Positions 19,701-27,855 of a stretch of DNA of 32,451 nucleotides are shown here, one piece after another (position 1 is the stretch's first letter; the number at the start of each line of letters is the position of its first letter). The notes beneath the pieces were generated by a model. The model saw nothing but the letters and a program-made list of their open reading frames with translations, was not told the origin of the DNA and made no database searches. The DNA is from Thermoanaerobaculia bacterium (lineage in GTDB: Bacteria; Acidobacteriota; Thermoanaerobaculia; UBA5066). A program made the translations under genes and the position numbers. Location: the NCBI GenBank assembly GCA_022071945.1, contig JAJVIN010000021.1, positions 1-32,451 on the forward strand, read 5' to 3'.

Positions 19701-22700
19701 GCCTCACCCAGCTTCTGGGCCGGCAGCGGGTTCTGGTCGAGCTCGAGAAGCGAGTTCGAAATCTGAAGCCCGGTGTGGCCGAGGACGAGAAGCGCTTGCT
19801 GCCGCTGCTCTATCTGCTCAACTCCGAGCCGGAGACCGTGGAGGACTCCTGGGACGACTGGATCGACATGCCGAATGACCCTGTCGGGCGGGAACAGAGG
19901 GCGCAGAAGCGCGAGAAGGCGACGCCCGCGCAGGAACGCGGCATGACCCAGATCGGTGCGCTTCTTTCCCAGAAGACCCTCGAGATGATTCCCTTGGCCA
20001 CGAACCGCGCTTTCCTGGCGTCCTTGCGTGGATTCCAGACCCAGCTCCTCGACCCGAGGTGGACGAAGGACCCGTTGGCGTCCTCGCGCCTGCAGAGCCT
20101 CCTTCTGGAAAGGGAAGCCGCCCTCATGCCGACGGAGGAAGAGCGGATCCAGAAAGAGCTCGCCCGGATCGCGTTCTTCATCGATCACAACCAGCAGCAG
20201 GAGGCACGCCAGGCGCTCACTCGCCTCGACGCCCGCGTGAACTCGCTCTCGGAGGGCGGCCTGAAGATCAGGAGCCAGGCAAGCCTGGCCCAGATGACCG
20301 AGCGGCTCGGTGGCGATGCCGCCACCGCCTTCCGCTCGTTGACGGACCGGTACCCCTGGTCCCTCGGCGTCATTGAAGACCGGATCGCCTTCTGCTACCG
20401 GAACAAACGGACCTCCGAGGCCCTCGACGTGCTCGAGAAGGCCGCCGTCTCGGCCGCCTCCGGACACAAGGAGAAGCTCTCGGAAAGGCTCGTGCGGGAA
20501 TCGCTCGAGAATGGCGACCTGCCGCGAGCCAAGAAGGCCCTCACGGCGCTTCTCGGCATGAACCTGGACCCGGCCTTGAGGGTGTCGGCGGTCGGCCTGA
20601 TGGGACGCCTGTCGCTTCGCGAGAACCCCTCGTTTGACGCCATTACCTTCGCCAAGACCGAAGCCGCGAAGCTGCCGGAAGAGGTCCGGCCCGATCTGTG
20701 GGCCGCCGTCGCCCGGGGCGCGCGCCAGGAAGGCCGGGGCAAGGCCAGCGTCGACCTCTGGATCGAGGCCATCAACCGTCGGACGCTTCGTGAGTGGCTG
20801 GTGGAAGCGAGCCAGACGGCTACCCAGTTCCAGCTCGAGGCAATCCTCTCGAAGTTCTTCGAGAGCCAGAGAGTGAGGAGCCCGCGCGACGTGAGGTGGG
20901 CCGTCGCCGTCCGCGAGCTGCGAACCCAGGCCGGCGATCTCGCCGGGGCCATCCAGGCCGCGAAGGAGGTTTGCGGGATCGCTCCCGAGAAGGAGATCTA
21001 CTGGAGGGACGCGGTCGACCTCTTCTCGCGCGCCGGCCAGTTCGTCGAGGCGGCGACCTTCCTCGAGGGCTGGGCGTCGAGCCGCAAGGGCGACGAGCGC
21101 ACCGCCTCGTGGCGGGCCGATCTGCTGCTTCGAGGCGGACAAACCCAGAAAGCCATGGAGGTCGAGCGTGCCGCGCTCGAGGCGTGGAAGAAGGAGAGCA
21201 GCCAGAGCCAGAACACCGGGGACGTCGAGTCCGAGCTCGCGGAGCGGACGGCCCGGGTCGCGCGCCGGTTCCTCGAAAGGAACCGCCCCTCGGCAGCCTG
21301 GGCCTTCGCGGTCCCGGGAGGAAAGCTCTCGCGCTCGGCGGAGATTCCGCTGGACCACACATTCAGGACCGACGTGGCCGTCCGCACCGGCAACCTTCTC
21401 GCCCTATTGAAGGCCAACGAGAACGACAGCGATTTCCTCGAGCAGAGCGCCGAGACCATCTCTCAATCGGCCCGAGGCGAGGATCTCGCGGCTCTGCAGG
21501 AATACCTCCTGTCAAAGGTGTTCCCACAGACCGGACCTCCGAGCGACGCGGCCCTGAAGAAGTTCGACCAGTTCGCGCGGAGTTGCGGCCTCTACCGGTG
21601 GGACGAGGCGCTGGCCCGCAATCTGGCGGCCCGGACGCCCGGTCCATGGGGCACGAACCCGCCCGTGGGATTCCTCAGGCGGATCTCTCCGACAGTCAGC
21701 AATCCCACCCGCCTGGCCAAGCCAAACCTCGAGTACCTGTGGGTTCAGCACCTGATCGCCTCAGACGATGTCCCGGCGCTCCGGCAGGCGATCGCACCGC
21801 GCCTGTCCGCGCTCGATTCCTTCGTTTCGACGGGTACGTCCGCCGCTCCGGCGGCTACGTCGCTCTTCCCCGTCGAGGCGCTCGTCAGGATCGCTCAGGC
21901 GCCCGACGGCGCACCAGCTGGGGCTGGAGCGCCAGCTGGGGCTGGCGCGCCCGCTTCGGCAGGCGCGGAGACCCGGGCGATGCTCTCGCGCTGGTTCAAG
22001 ACAAAGGAAACCTATCAGCGTCTTGCCCAGGCCGTCGGTTCGAGGTGGGATCTGACTTCCCTTCTCAAGCTGACGGACGAGGAGACGGTGACGGCGTGGC
22101 TTCTGCACGCCGCTCCCGGCCGCAAAAGCCTCGACCCCGTCGACGAGAAGCGCTGGAGGGTCGAGGTCGACACGGCCCGCGCCCTTGCCTCCCTCATCGA
22201 GGGCAAGGCGGGCGCGCTCCAGAGTCCAGAGATCGCGAGGCTGAGAGGCCCGAGAACGGTCGGAGACGTCATGACGACCGACCCGAAATGGGTCTGGCCG
22301 GACTTTCAGCCTCGCCCCACCGACCACGCGGATGAAGCCATCTACGGCGCCGGTGTGGACCGCGGCCGCACACCCGGCCGCCTCTGGGGAGGCCGGCCCG
22401 GCGATGCCTGGTACGTCCTCGAGTCGCTCGCGCGATACCGGGAGAAGGACCCGAAGGCCCCTTATGTCCCCCTCGAGGCCGCGGCCCGGGGGAACGAAGC
22501 CGATCGAACGCTCCTCGGAGTCCGGACCTCGGAAGGGCTCCAGAACCTTTCCCTCGCCTTGGCTCTCGACGAGGCGTACTTCGCCGACCTCTCCCGCGCC
22601 GACCGGCTCGAGCGCCGGATGCGGCTCCTCATCGCCAACGGCGGGGAGGGCAAGGCAAAGGCGGAAGAACTGCTCAAGAAGGAAGTCGTCAGGCTGCAAG

Positions 22701-24457
22701 GAACGGCAAGTGAGACCCTCTTCCGTCAGTGGGAAGGAGCCTCCGCTCGCCTTTCGCTCTCGGCTCCGGGAGACTTCCTCGATCCGGCAAAGCCGGTTTC
22801 CGCCCCGCTCCTCGCCTACCTTCTGGACGTCTCCGACCTCAAAAAGTACTCCAACCTCAAACCGGCGAATCACGCGGATCTCAAGACCGCTTTGGCGAAT
22901 CGCTGGTACGGCGCCCAGAGCCTGATGTCTCGTGAGGAGCTCGACTACTACCTCAGGGAGCTGTGGGCAACGGGCAGCGGGACGTTCCCGGCCCGGGCGG
23001 TGAAAAACATCCAGAAGATGTGGCCGGAGGCCATCGAGTACCTCTCGGGCGTGCCGGCCCTGCACAGGCAGGCGGCTCTCTCGGCCGTGAAATCTCTTCC
23101 CGATCCGAAACCCGTCGCTTCCGTCGTCGATCAGTCGGGAGACCGGCGCGAGACGGCCCAGCTCCTCCTTTTCCGCGCCGAGCTCGCGTCCTCGCAGGTG
23201 GAGGCGGCAATGGCTCGCGCGCGGCTCATGACGGGCGATACCGAGGCCGCCGCCCTGACTCTTGCGCCCGCTGTTCTCTCCTCGGAAGCATCGGAGGAGC
23301 ACGCCGAGGCCGGGGAAGAAGGCGGCGGCGAACCGGCGGACTCCGAGACGGAATCGGCTTCTTCTCGCCTCAGGCGGCTCCTGACAATCGCCAGAGCGGT
23401 GAAGAACCCGGCCGGAATCCAGGAAACCGAGGCCTACCTTCGCGACCTCGTGAAGAAGCGCCTCGAGAATCGGGTCCTGGCCTCTGGAGATGCATGGATC
23501 CTGGCAGTCGACCTGGCAACGCCCGCGACGATTCGGTCCACCTCGGAGGCCCTGGAGAGAGCCTGGATTCGGGGCGAGTACTTCTCGTTCGCCGACAAGG
23601 CCGGGCTCGTCGGGGCCCTATTCCCCAAGGATCCCGCCGCCGCGCGGACGTGGTTCACGCGAATGGAACGGGCCTCCGACCTAGCGACCATGCGAAAACG
23701 CTCGGAGCTCCTCGTGACGCTCGGGCGCCCGGAGGATGCCGCACGCGAGTGGATCGAGACGCGGACGACGCTTCGGCAGAGTCCACAGATCGACCTGCAG
23801 TCGTTCGACGCCTGGCGACGCCTTCCGGCCGCAAAGGCAGGCACCTCCGCTCCGGCCGCCCCCGATGCCTGGCAAAAGGCCGCGGCATTCTGGAAGAAAC
23901 CGGCTGCGGAGCTGGACCCCGCATGGGGCGAGTCCTTTGCGGCACACCTGGCCAAGTCGCCCTACGACAGGCTCGCCGCGCGAAACGTCCTGCGGAGCCT
24001 GGCCCCGGCACGGGCCGATTACGTGGAACCGGCCGTTGCGGCCCTGAACTCGTCCGAAGACGTGGCGGCCTGGCGAATCGCCCGGTCCGTCCGCCCTCGC
24101 TCCGCCGTCGCGGCCCGCAACGCCCTGCCGTCTCAAACTGTCGACGTGAACTCGTTGAGGACGCGCCGGTTCCTCAAGACCGAGATCGAGGGGCTGCTTT
24201 CCGACCTCGCACGGATCGGGGCAGCCAATGAGCTCGACGGTCTCGTCTCGAAGGCCACCGCGGGTCTCGACGTCATCAAGCCCGGAGCGTCCAGGGCCTT
24301 GCAGCCCGAGCTCACGGCCCTCAAACAGTCCCTGACGGTGTCGCGCGGGGCGGCCTCGCAGGCGTTCCTCAGGGGCGGCCAGTATCTCCCGATCCGTCCA
24401 CGCGACCTCGACTGGGCCCTCTACGCACGGGTCCTCAACCAGGAGAAGGTGCCGTGA
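16754..24457 (+). CDS. Giant (2567 aa) secreted alpha-helical repeat protein of unknown function
   Basis: Single uninterrupted 7.7-kb ORF with GC3-rich codon usage. GTG start overlaps the upstream stop (GTGA). Signal peptide 'RILALLPASLSLLALGALASAGS'. Composition is Ala/Leu/Arg/Glu-rich throughout, which suggests TPR/HEAT-like helical repeats. No catalytic motif was recognised. Contains an internal APAGAG mini-repeat. Confidence 0.8.
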   Translation: MKATRGRRRFPRRRILALLPASLSLLALGALASAGSYIPFEDLTDKDGLAAVLRRTARIEGRIVYYPAPPAEAEPELSRRSAAADAEAQAATRHLAATRRELGNLKGAQEAMTRWATASASEAAERWAETARWARSYRLFPFAFEAAEKALQAPAGAGSEAGRKKLASDRIDWAQAFPEHASAEKLVEARAKLFPEDQAFFNAWIQSLEKSNRIKDAEEALRKNTSLSEENRAVLVARLKKKSGDGTGALSVLETFISRSGRAPQQATSTLFSEVVLATAPSRVDEWRATLDKKFDATALLLLEVFFKGKGRGDLALQLLQQSDARHLGSVDRKGAMLLAQLYEGLNAVPEAFRTRLASSRNANEKEKLDDLAALASLALKAGSRPLAWGQFNEEPYRWAARIDVTPGFFTGGLSLLLTGFDGKASLSELENQRLPDRTFRTAQALIAELEKRSPTHPSLPALALGTMEKLVQRSEGSKALELLPKADKGTAEIRAAARKVALLAIRQTKAPLDREAALWKERLALLAPDGSKVTFQAYRSARSEEDENDEADPPGAPAESRGMASPEYQWVLQEALSRLSSRDKSNAASLALLLNEMDRLPKAEPLWTYACNEIERWTLDSTLESRYKHALKTFEGTEWWKRVFRWYVRQKRGAEQRALADEVVATFRTSEIFRRDPGFQGAISLEGQPNPFITISDYIRLKALERFPASPQVLREAESRLISRSIYQGLSTSDRAARQGYGVVEDALLELRRDAVLFIEPARRAAFLDRLMKENRLEAFLKALEASPEKTPVELRFLSDGWSRLSKFELAAGYALKLSELYPAAPDAASDAITLHRSISGLSPAMAEKVLPMVRRLAATGADTTALWTNAGEMWQDLDQPGRASEAFERILEPGPREPSRILDLATVYWDYGRMDEAERVLRDGRKRISEPSLHAFEAGVLREEKKDIDGALTEYLAALDGEGEASEESSWDPHDYRALRRLTQLLGRQRVLVELEKRVRNLKPGVAEDEKRLLPLLYLLNSEPETVEDSWDDWIDMPNDPVGREQRAQKREKATPAQERGMTQIGALLSQKTLEMIPLATNRAFLASLRGFQTQLLDPRWTKDPLASSRLQSLLLEREAALMPTEEERIQKELARIAFFIDHNQQQEARQALTRLDARVNSLSEGGLKIRSQASLAQMTERLGGDAATAFRSLTDRYPWSLGVIEDRIAFCYRNKRTSEALDVLEKAAVSAASGHKEKLSERLVRESLENGDLPRAKKALTALLGMNLDPALRVSAVGLMGRLSLRENPSFDAITFAKTEAAKLPEEVRPDLWAAVARGARQEGRGKASVDLWIEAINRRTLREWLVEASQTATQFQLEAILSKFFESQRVRSPRDVRWAVAVRELRTQAGDLAGAIQAAKEVCGIAPEKEIYWRDAVDLFSRAGQFVEAATFLEGWASSRKGDERTASWRADLLLRGGQTQKAMEVERAALEAWKKESSQSQNTGDVESELAERTARVARRFLERNRPSAAWAFAVPGGKLSRSAEIPLDHTFRTDVAVRTGNLLALLKANENDSDFLEQSAETISQSARGEDLAALQEYLLSKVFPQTGPPSDAALKKFDQFARSCGLYRWDEALARNLAARTPGPWGTNPPVGFLRRISPTVSNPTRLAKPNLEYLWVQHLIASDDVPALRQAIAPRLSALDSFVSTGTSAAPAATSLFPVEALVRIAQAPDGAPAGAGAPAGAGAPASAGAETRAMLSRWFKTKETYQRLAQAVGSRWDLTSLLKLTDEETVTAWLLHAAPGRKSLDPVDEKRWRVEVDTARALASLIEGKAGALQSPEIARLRGPRTVGDVMTTDPKWVWPDFQPRPTDHADEAIYGAGVDRGRTPGRLWGGRPGDAWYVLESLARYREKDPKAPYVPLEAAARGNEADRTLLGVRTSEGLQNLSLALALDEAYFADLSRADRLERRMRLLIANGGEGKAKAEELLKKEVVRLQGTASETLFRQWEGASARLSLSAPGDFLDPAKPVSAPLLAYLLDVSDLKKYSNLKPANHADLKTALANRWYGAQSLMSREELDYYLRELWATGSGTFPARAVKNIQKMWPEAIEYLSGVPALHRQAALSAVKSLPDPKPVASVVDQSGDRRETAQLLLFRAELASSQVEAAMARARLMTGDTEAAALTLAPAVLSSEASEEHAEAGEEGGGEPADSETESASSRLRRLLTIARAVKNPAGIQETEAYLRDLVKKRLENRVLASGDAWILAVDLATPATIRSTSEALERAWIRGEYFSFADKAGLVGALFPKDPAAARTWFTRMERASDLATMRKRSELLVTLGRPEDAAREWIETRTTLRQSPQIDLQSFDAWRRLPAAKAGTSAPAAPDAWQKAAAFWKKPAAELDPAWGESFAAHLAKSPYDRLAARNVLRSLAPARADYVEPAVAALNSSEDVAAWRIARSVRPRSAVAARNALPSQTVDVNSLRTRRFLKTEIEGLLSDLARIGAANELDGLVSKATAGLDVIKPGASRALQPELTALKQSLTVSRGAASQAFLRGGQYLPIRPRDLDWALYARVLNQEKVP
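21911..21958 (+). repeat. Short in-frame tandem repeat (about 2.5 copies of an 18-bp unit 'gcgccagctggggctgga'), which encodes APAGAGAPAGAGAP inside the giant ORF
   Basis: Direct read of 21901-21960. Confidence 0.5.
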
Positions 24458-26082
24458 TGAAGAACATCGTTCTGGCCTTCTCGGCCGTCGTCATCTTCGC
24501 CGCTCCCTCGTCCGCTCGGGCCGTCGAGCCGGCCGCGGCGCCGGCGGCCGCCCTCGGCAAGCTCCCTCTGCCAGACGGTCCGGTGGTCTTCCTCGTCGAG
24601 GACGTGCCGGCCTTCGAGAAGGCCCTCTCTGGAGGCATCAGAAAGGCCGTCACGGGGAAACTCCCCGAAAGCGATCCCGTCGGAGCCGCCTGGCGACGCA
24701 CACGGGTCGGGAGCAAGCTCGACTCTCAGTGGCAGCTCTTCGCCAGTGACATTCCGCTGACCTGGTCGCAGATCTCGGCGCTTAAGCCCTCGGCCTTCGG
24801 GATGACCCTGCTGGCCGCGGGGGATCTCGAGGCCGTCCTTGTGGTCCGGACAGCGCTGGCTCAATTGCCGGTGCCGCTCCCGAATGGGACTCAGAAGACC
24901 TACAAGGGGTACGCCTACCAGCTCGTCACTCGAGGAGCCGGCGACGACAGGAACCTCGAACGCCGGATGGGACTCGCCTGGTGCCGCGCGGGCCGCCACC
25001 TCTTCCTGGCGACGAGCGAGAGATCGCTTCTCGCCGCCCTCGATGTTCAAGCCGGACAGGGCGGGTTCTCTTCGATGGTGGGCGGGTTCGCCCAGCTGCG
25101 CCTGAACCTCGATGCCCTCAGGAAGGACCTCTACTTCAAGAGGGAGTTTCTCTTCGACGAGGGAACGCAGGGGCCCGCGACAGGGATTCTCCTGGCCGGC
25201 CTGGAACTCGAGGGAAACCGCCTCGTCGAGGTGCGAAAAGGCACGGGAGAGGGCCGGGCGCCGGGAGCCACGTGGCCCGTCGCTCAGCGAAACGTCCGGG
25301 CGGCCGGGTGGGAGCCAGACGGCAAGAGACTCTGGAGCGCGTTCTGGCGCGCCGTTCTCGATCCGGTGCCCAATCCCTCGGACAGGCCCGTCGCCGCCGT
25401 GAAGGTCTTGCCGTCATTCTCGGAGGCCGCGGAGAGCCGGTACCTCGTCGATCTGAGGCAGCCGGTGTCTGCCGGCACGGACGCTGGCGGCGAGGGCGAG
25501 ATCCCCGCGTGGAAAGACCTCATCAAGACCGCGGCCCCCGATGGCTTTGGCTGGGAGGTGACCCGGGACGGATACCCGAGATTCGCCCTGCGCCAGCCGC
25601 CAGCCTTCGACAAGGGATTCGTGGACCTTTCGATCAAAACGCTCTCGCGCCGCTCGGGCATGACGCCGAAAGATGACGGCGGAACCTTGAGGGTCGGACC
25701 CGGTCTCGCTGGACTCGCCTACAAAAGGAAGGGCGGGTTCCTTTGGGTTGGCCTGCGGGGAGAGGACTTGACGGATTGCCCGGAGCCCTCCGGGACGCCG
25801 GACCTCGTCCGGTGGGGATACCTGAATCTCTCCGACGCCTCCCTCGAGCGAGAGGCCTGGCGCCGGGCGGAAGGGGCTTTCTCACCGGAGTACACGCGTC
25901 CCTTCTCTGACAGGATCCTCGGCCTCCTGGGCTGGGCTCCCTCGCTCGAGACCATTTCTTCTGAACGAAAGCGCTCTGGCGACACGTTCACGGAACGTGT
26001 GACGTTCACGTTCTCGGAGACGGCTGGGGCGAAAAAGCCCTCGTCTCCTCCGGCACCCGCCCCCGCGGCCCCGAAGAAGTAG
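24454..26082 (+). CDS. Secreted hypothetical protein (542 aa), translationally coupled to the giant ORF
   Basis: Start (GTG 24454 or ATG 24457) overlaps the giant ORF's stop (gtgATGA). Signal peptide 'MKNIVLAFSAVVIFAAPSSARA'. Pro/Ala/Lys C-terminal tail. No recognised motif. Confidence 0.65.
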   Translation: MMKNIVLAFSAVVIFAAPSSARAVEPAAAPAAALGKLPLPDGPVVFLVEDVPAFEKALSGGIRKAVTGKLPESDPVGAAWRRTRVGSKLDSQWQLFASDIPLTWSQISALKPSAFGMTLLAAGDLEAVLVVRTALAQLPVPLPNGTQKTYKGYAYQLVTRGAGDDRNLERRMGLAWCRAGRHLFLATSERSLLAALDVQAGQGGFSSMVGGFAQLRLNLDALRKDLYFKREFLFDEGTQGPATGILLAGLELEGNRLVEVRKGTGEGRAPGATWPVAQRNVRAAGWEPDGKRLWSAFWRAVLDPVPNPSDRPVAAVKVLPSFSEAAESRYLVDLRQPVSAGTDAGGEGEIPAWKDLIKTAAPDGFGWEVTRDGYPRFALRQPPAFDKGFVDLSIKTLSRRSGMTPKDDGGTLRVGPGLAGLAYKRKGGFLWVGLRGEDLTDCPEPSGTPDLVRWGYLNLSDASLEREAWRRAEGAFSPEYTRPFSDRILGLLGWAPSLETISSERKRSGDTFTERVTFTFSETAGAKKPSSPPAPAPAAPKK

Positions 26083-26084
26083 GT

Positions 26085-27833
26085 GTGATCCGGGGCGCAC
26101 CCTGGGTTCTGGCGGCGCTGCTCCTTCTGGGCAGCGCCCCGGAGGAGGGTCCGGACCGCTGGCAGGTCTGGACTCTGGTGAACGGGACCCTGTCGCCCGG
26201 ATCGCAGACTCCGTCCGCGCCGCGACCCGTGGGCTCGCTCCAGAAACCGTGGGTGCTCAAGGCCTGGGCGGCGGAACACGCCGGCGAGAAGTCGCCGGAA
26301 TATTTCTGCTCCGGAGCTCCCGCGTGCTGGCGAGCGGGCGGTCACGGCTGGCTGGGACTCAGGAGGGCGATTGCCGAGTCGTGCAATGCGTACTTCATCC
26401 GGCTCGCGCGATCGACCTCCGGGGGAGGCCTCGTCTCGGCCTTCACCGAGGCGGGGTTCCTTTTGGAGGGGATTCCAGGTCCCGAGGCCGCGATCGGCCT
26501 TCAGGCACCGAGTGGCGTGATTCGAATCTCTCCTCCGGAGCTCCTGCGCGCCTTCCGACAGCTGATCCGGGAGCCGTGGACGTCGGGAGAGACCCACCGG
26601 CTCGAGCTTCTACGGGGGCTCGAGGAGGCGGGCCGCTCGGGCACCGCTTCGAGTCCGGGACTCCGCGGACTCCTCGTCAAGACCGGCACGGTGAGCCGGG
26701 GCGGAAACGTCCTGGAGGATCTGACCGGGTGGGTCCTCGCGGCGACCCCCGATGGAGAGGAGCTCGCGCTCGGCAAGCTCGAGAAAGCCACAGGACGTCT
26801 CGCCGCCCTCGAGCTCGGGCAGCGGGCCGTGCTGAAGCCACTCGCGCCGCAGGGCAACGAGACCCCTGCTGACCCGGCCGAGAACGTGGCGGTCTGGGTG
26901 TTTTCCGCACTGGCGCCGGAAGAGGTCCATGCCACGAATCTCTCCACGGCTCCCGTTCTGGCCGAGGGGGCGTCCGGCCCGCGGTGGCTGGGCCAGGGAG
27001 GCACGACCTCGATCGAGCCAGGGGACAATCTTGCCGGGGCGGACTGGGAGCTCACCGTTCAGCCGTACGGACTGAAGCGGCGTTTCAAGGGGAGCCTGGA
27101 AATGCTGAGAGGGCGAGGCGCCGAACCGGGGCGGCTGGTGCTTCGGACTCCCGTCCGGAGCTACGTAGAGGGCGTCATCAGGGCGGAGCTCTCGAGTGGA
27201 AGCATCCAGCGGCAGAGAGACCTTGCCGCGGCGATTCTCCGGTTTCTCAGGCGCGGGGATCGGCACCCCCCGGCGTCGGTCTGCGACCGAAATCACTGCG
27301 CCTGGTTCCTCGGCGAGGGCCCGGAGGTCCTCTGGAAAGACCCGCGCCGGCCCGTCCATCAGGAGAGCCGGGCGGAACCTCTCAGGATCGATGACGAGAC
27401 CTTCCGTTCGATCATCGCCAGGTCGAAAACGGCTGGTCCGAGTCTCTGGACGGATCACTGCGGGGGGCGGGCCCTTTCCGAGTGGGAAGTCTGGGGCCGG
27501 GGCTCCCGGCAGACGTGGCCCTGTCCCAGGCACCGCTCGCCCACGAAATCCTGGTCCCGCCCGTTCCCTTCCGAGGCACTTGCGGAGCTTCTCGGCGGGC
27601 CTGTTCGGGATCTGAGGTGCTCGGTCACGTCGGGCTACCGCCGAACGGTCATCGAGCTCGAATCGGGCCGGCGGCTCGAGCTGTCGTTCGACGAGCTCCA
27701 CCGCAGGCTTGCATCACGATTTGGCTGGGGCTCGCTTCCCTCTCCGCCGGAGCGGGCGTCGAGGAAGGGCGACACGTGGGTGCTGTCCGGACACGGCGCG
27801 GGTCATCGGGTCGGGCTCTGCCTCTCCGATTGA
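26085..27833 (+). CDS. Secreted fusion protein: N-terminal class D beta-lactamase/PBP-like penicillin-binding domain plus C-terminal SpoIID/LytB (lytic transglycosylase / amidase-enhancer) domain
   Basis: Signal peptide 'MIRGAPWVLAALLLLGSAPE'. Active-site triad with class-D-like spacing: S51-L-Q-K54 (SxxK), S99-C-N (SxN), K199-T-G (KTG). The OXA/BlaR-like segment 'IRISPPELLRAFRQLI' is present. SpoIID hallmarks follow: 'SYVEGVIRAEL', 'VCDRNHCAWFLG', 'LWTDHCGGRALSEWEVWG', 'GHGAGHRVGLC'. Starts 3 nt after the previous stop. Confidence 0.8.
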   Translation: MIRGAPWVLAALLLLGSAPEEGPDRWQVWTLVNGTLSPGSQTPSAPRPVGSLQKPWVLKAWAAEHAGEKSPEYFCSGAPACWRAGGHGWLGLRRAIAESCNAYFIRLARSTSGGGLVSAFTEAGFLLEGIPGPEAAIGLQAPSGVIRISPPELLRAFRQLIREPWTSGETHRLELLRGLEEAGRSGTASSPGLRGLLVKTGTVSRGGNVLEDLTGWVLAATPDGEELALGKLEKATGRLAALELGQRAVLKPLAPQGNETPADPAENVAVWVFSALAPEEVHATNLSTAPVLAEGASGPRWLGQGGTTSIEPGDNLAGADWELTVQPYGLKRRFKGSLEMLRGRGAEPGRLVLRTPVRSYVEGVIRAELSSGSIQRQRDLAAAILRFLRRGDRHPPASVCDRNHCAWFLGEGPEVLWKDPRRPVHQESRAEPLRIDDETFRSIIARSKTAGPSLWTDHCGGRALSEWEVWGRGSRQTWPCPRHRSPTKSWSRPFPSEALAELLGGPVRDLRCSVTSGYRRTVIELESGRRLELSFDELHRRLASRFGWGSLPSPPERASRKGDTWVLSGHGAGHRVGLCLSD

Positions 27834-27855
27834 GCCATCCCGCGGCTGTCTGTCT

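Noticed and set aside
27834-27855. Possible hairpin terminator in the 22-nt gap between the convergent SpoIID-fusion and M61 genes
   Set aside because: Only a ~4-bp GC stem can be drawn and there is no U-tract. It is too weak to call an intrinsic terminator.
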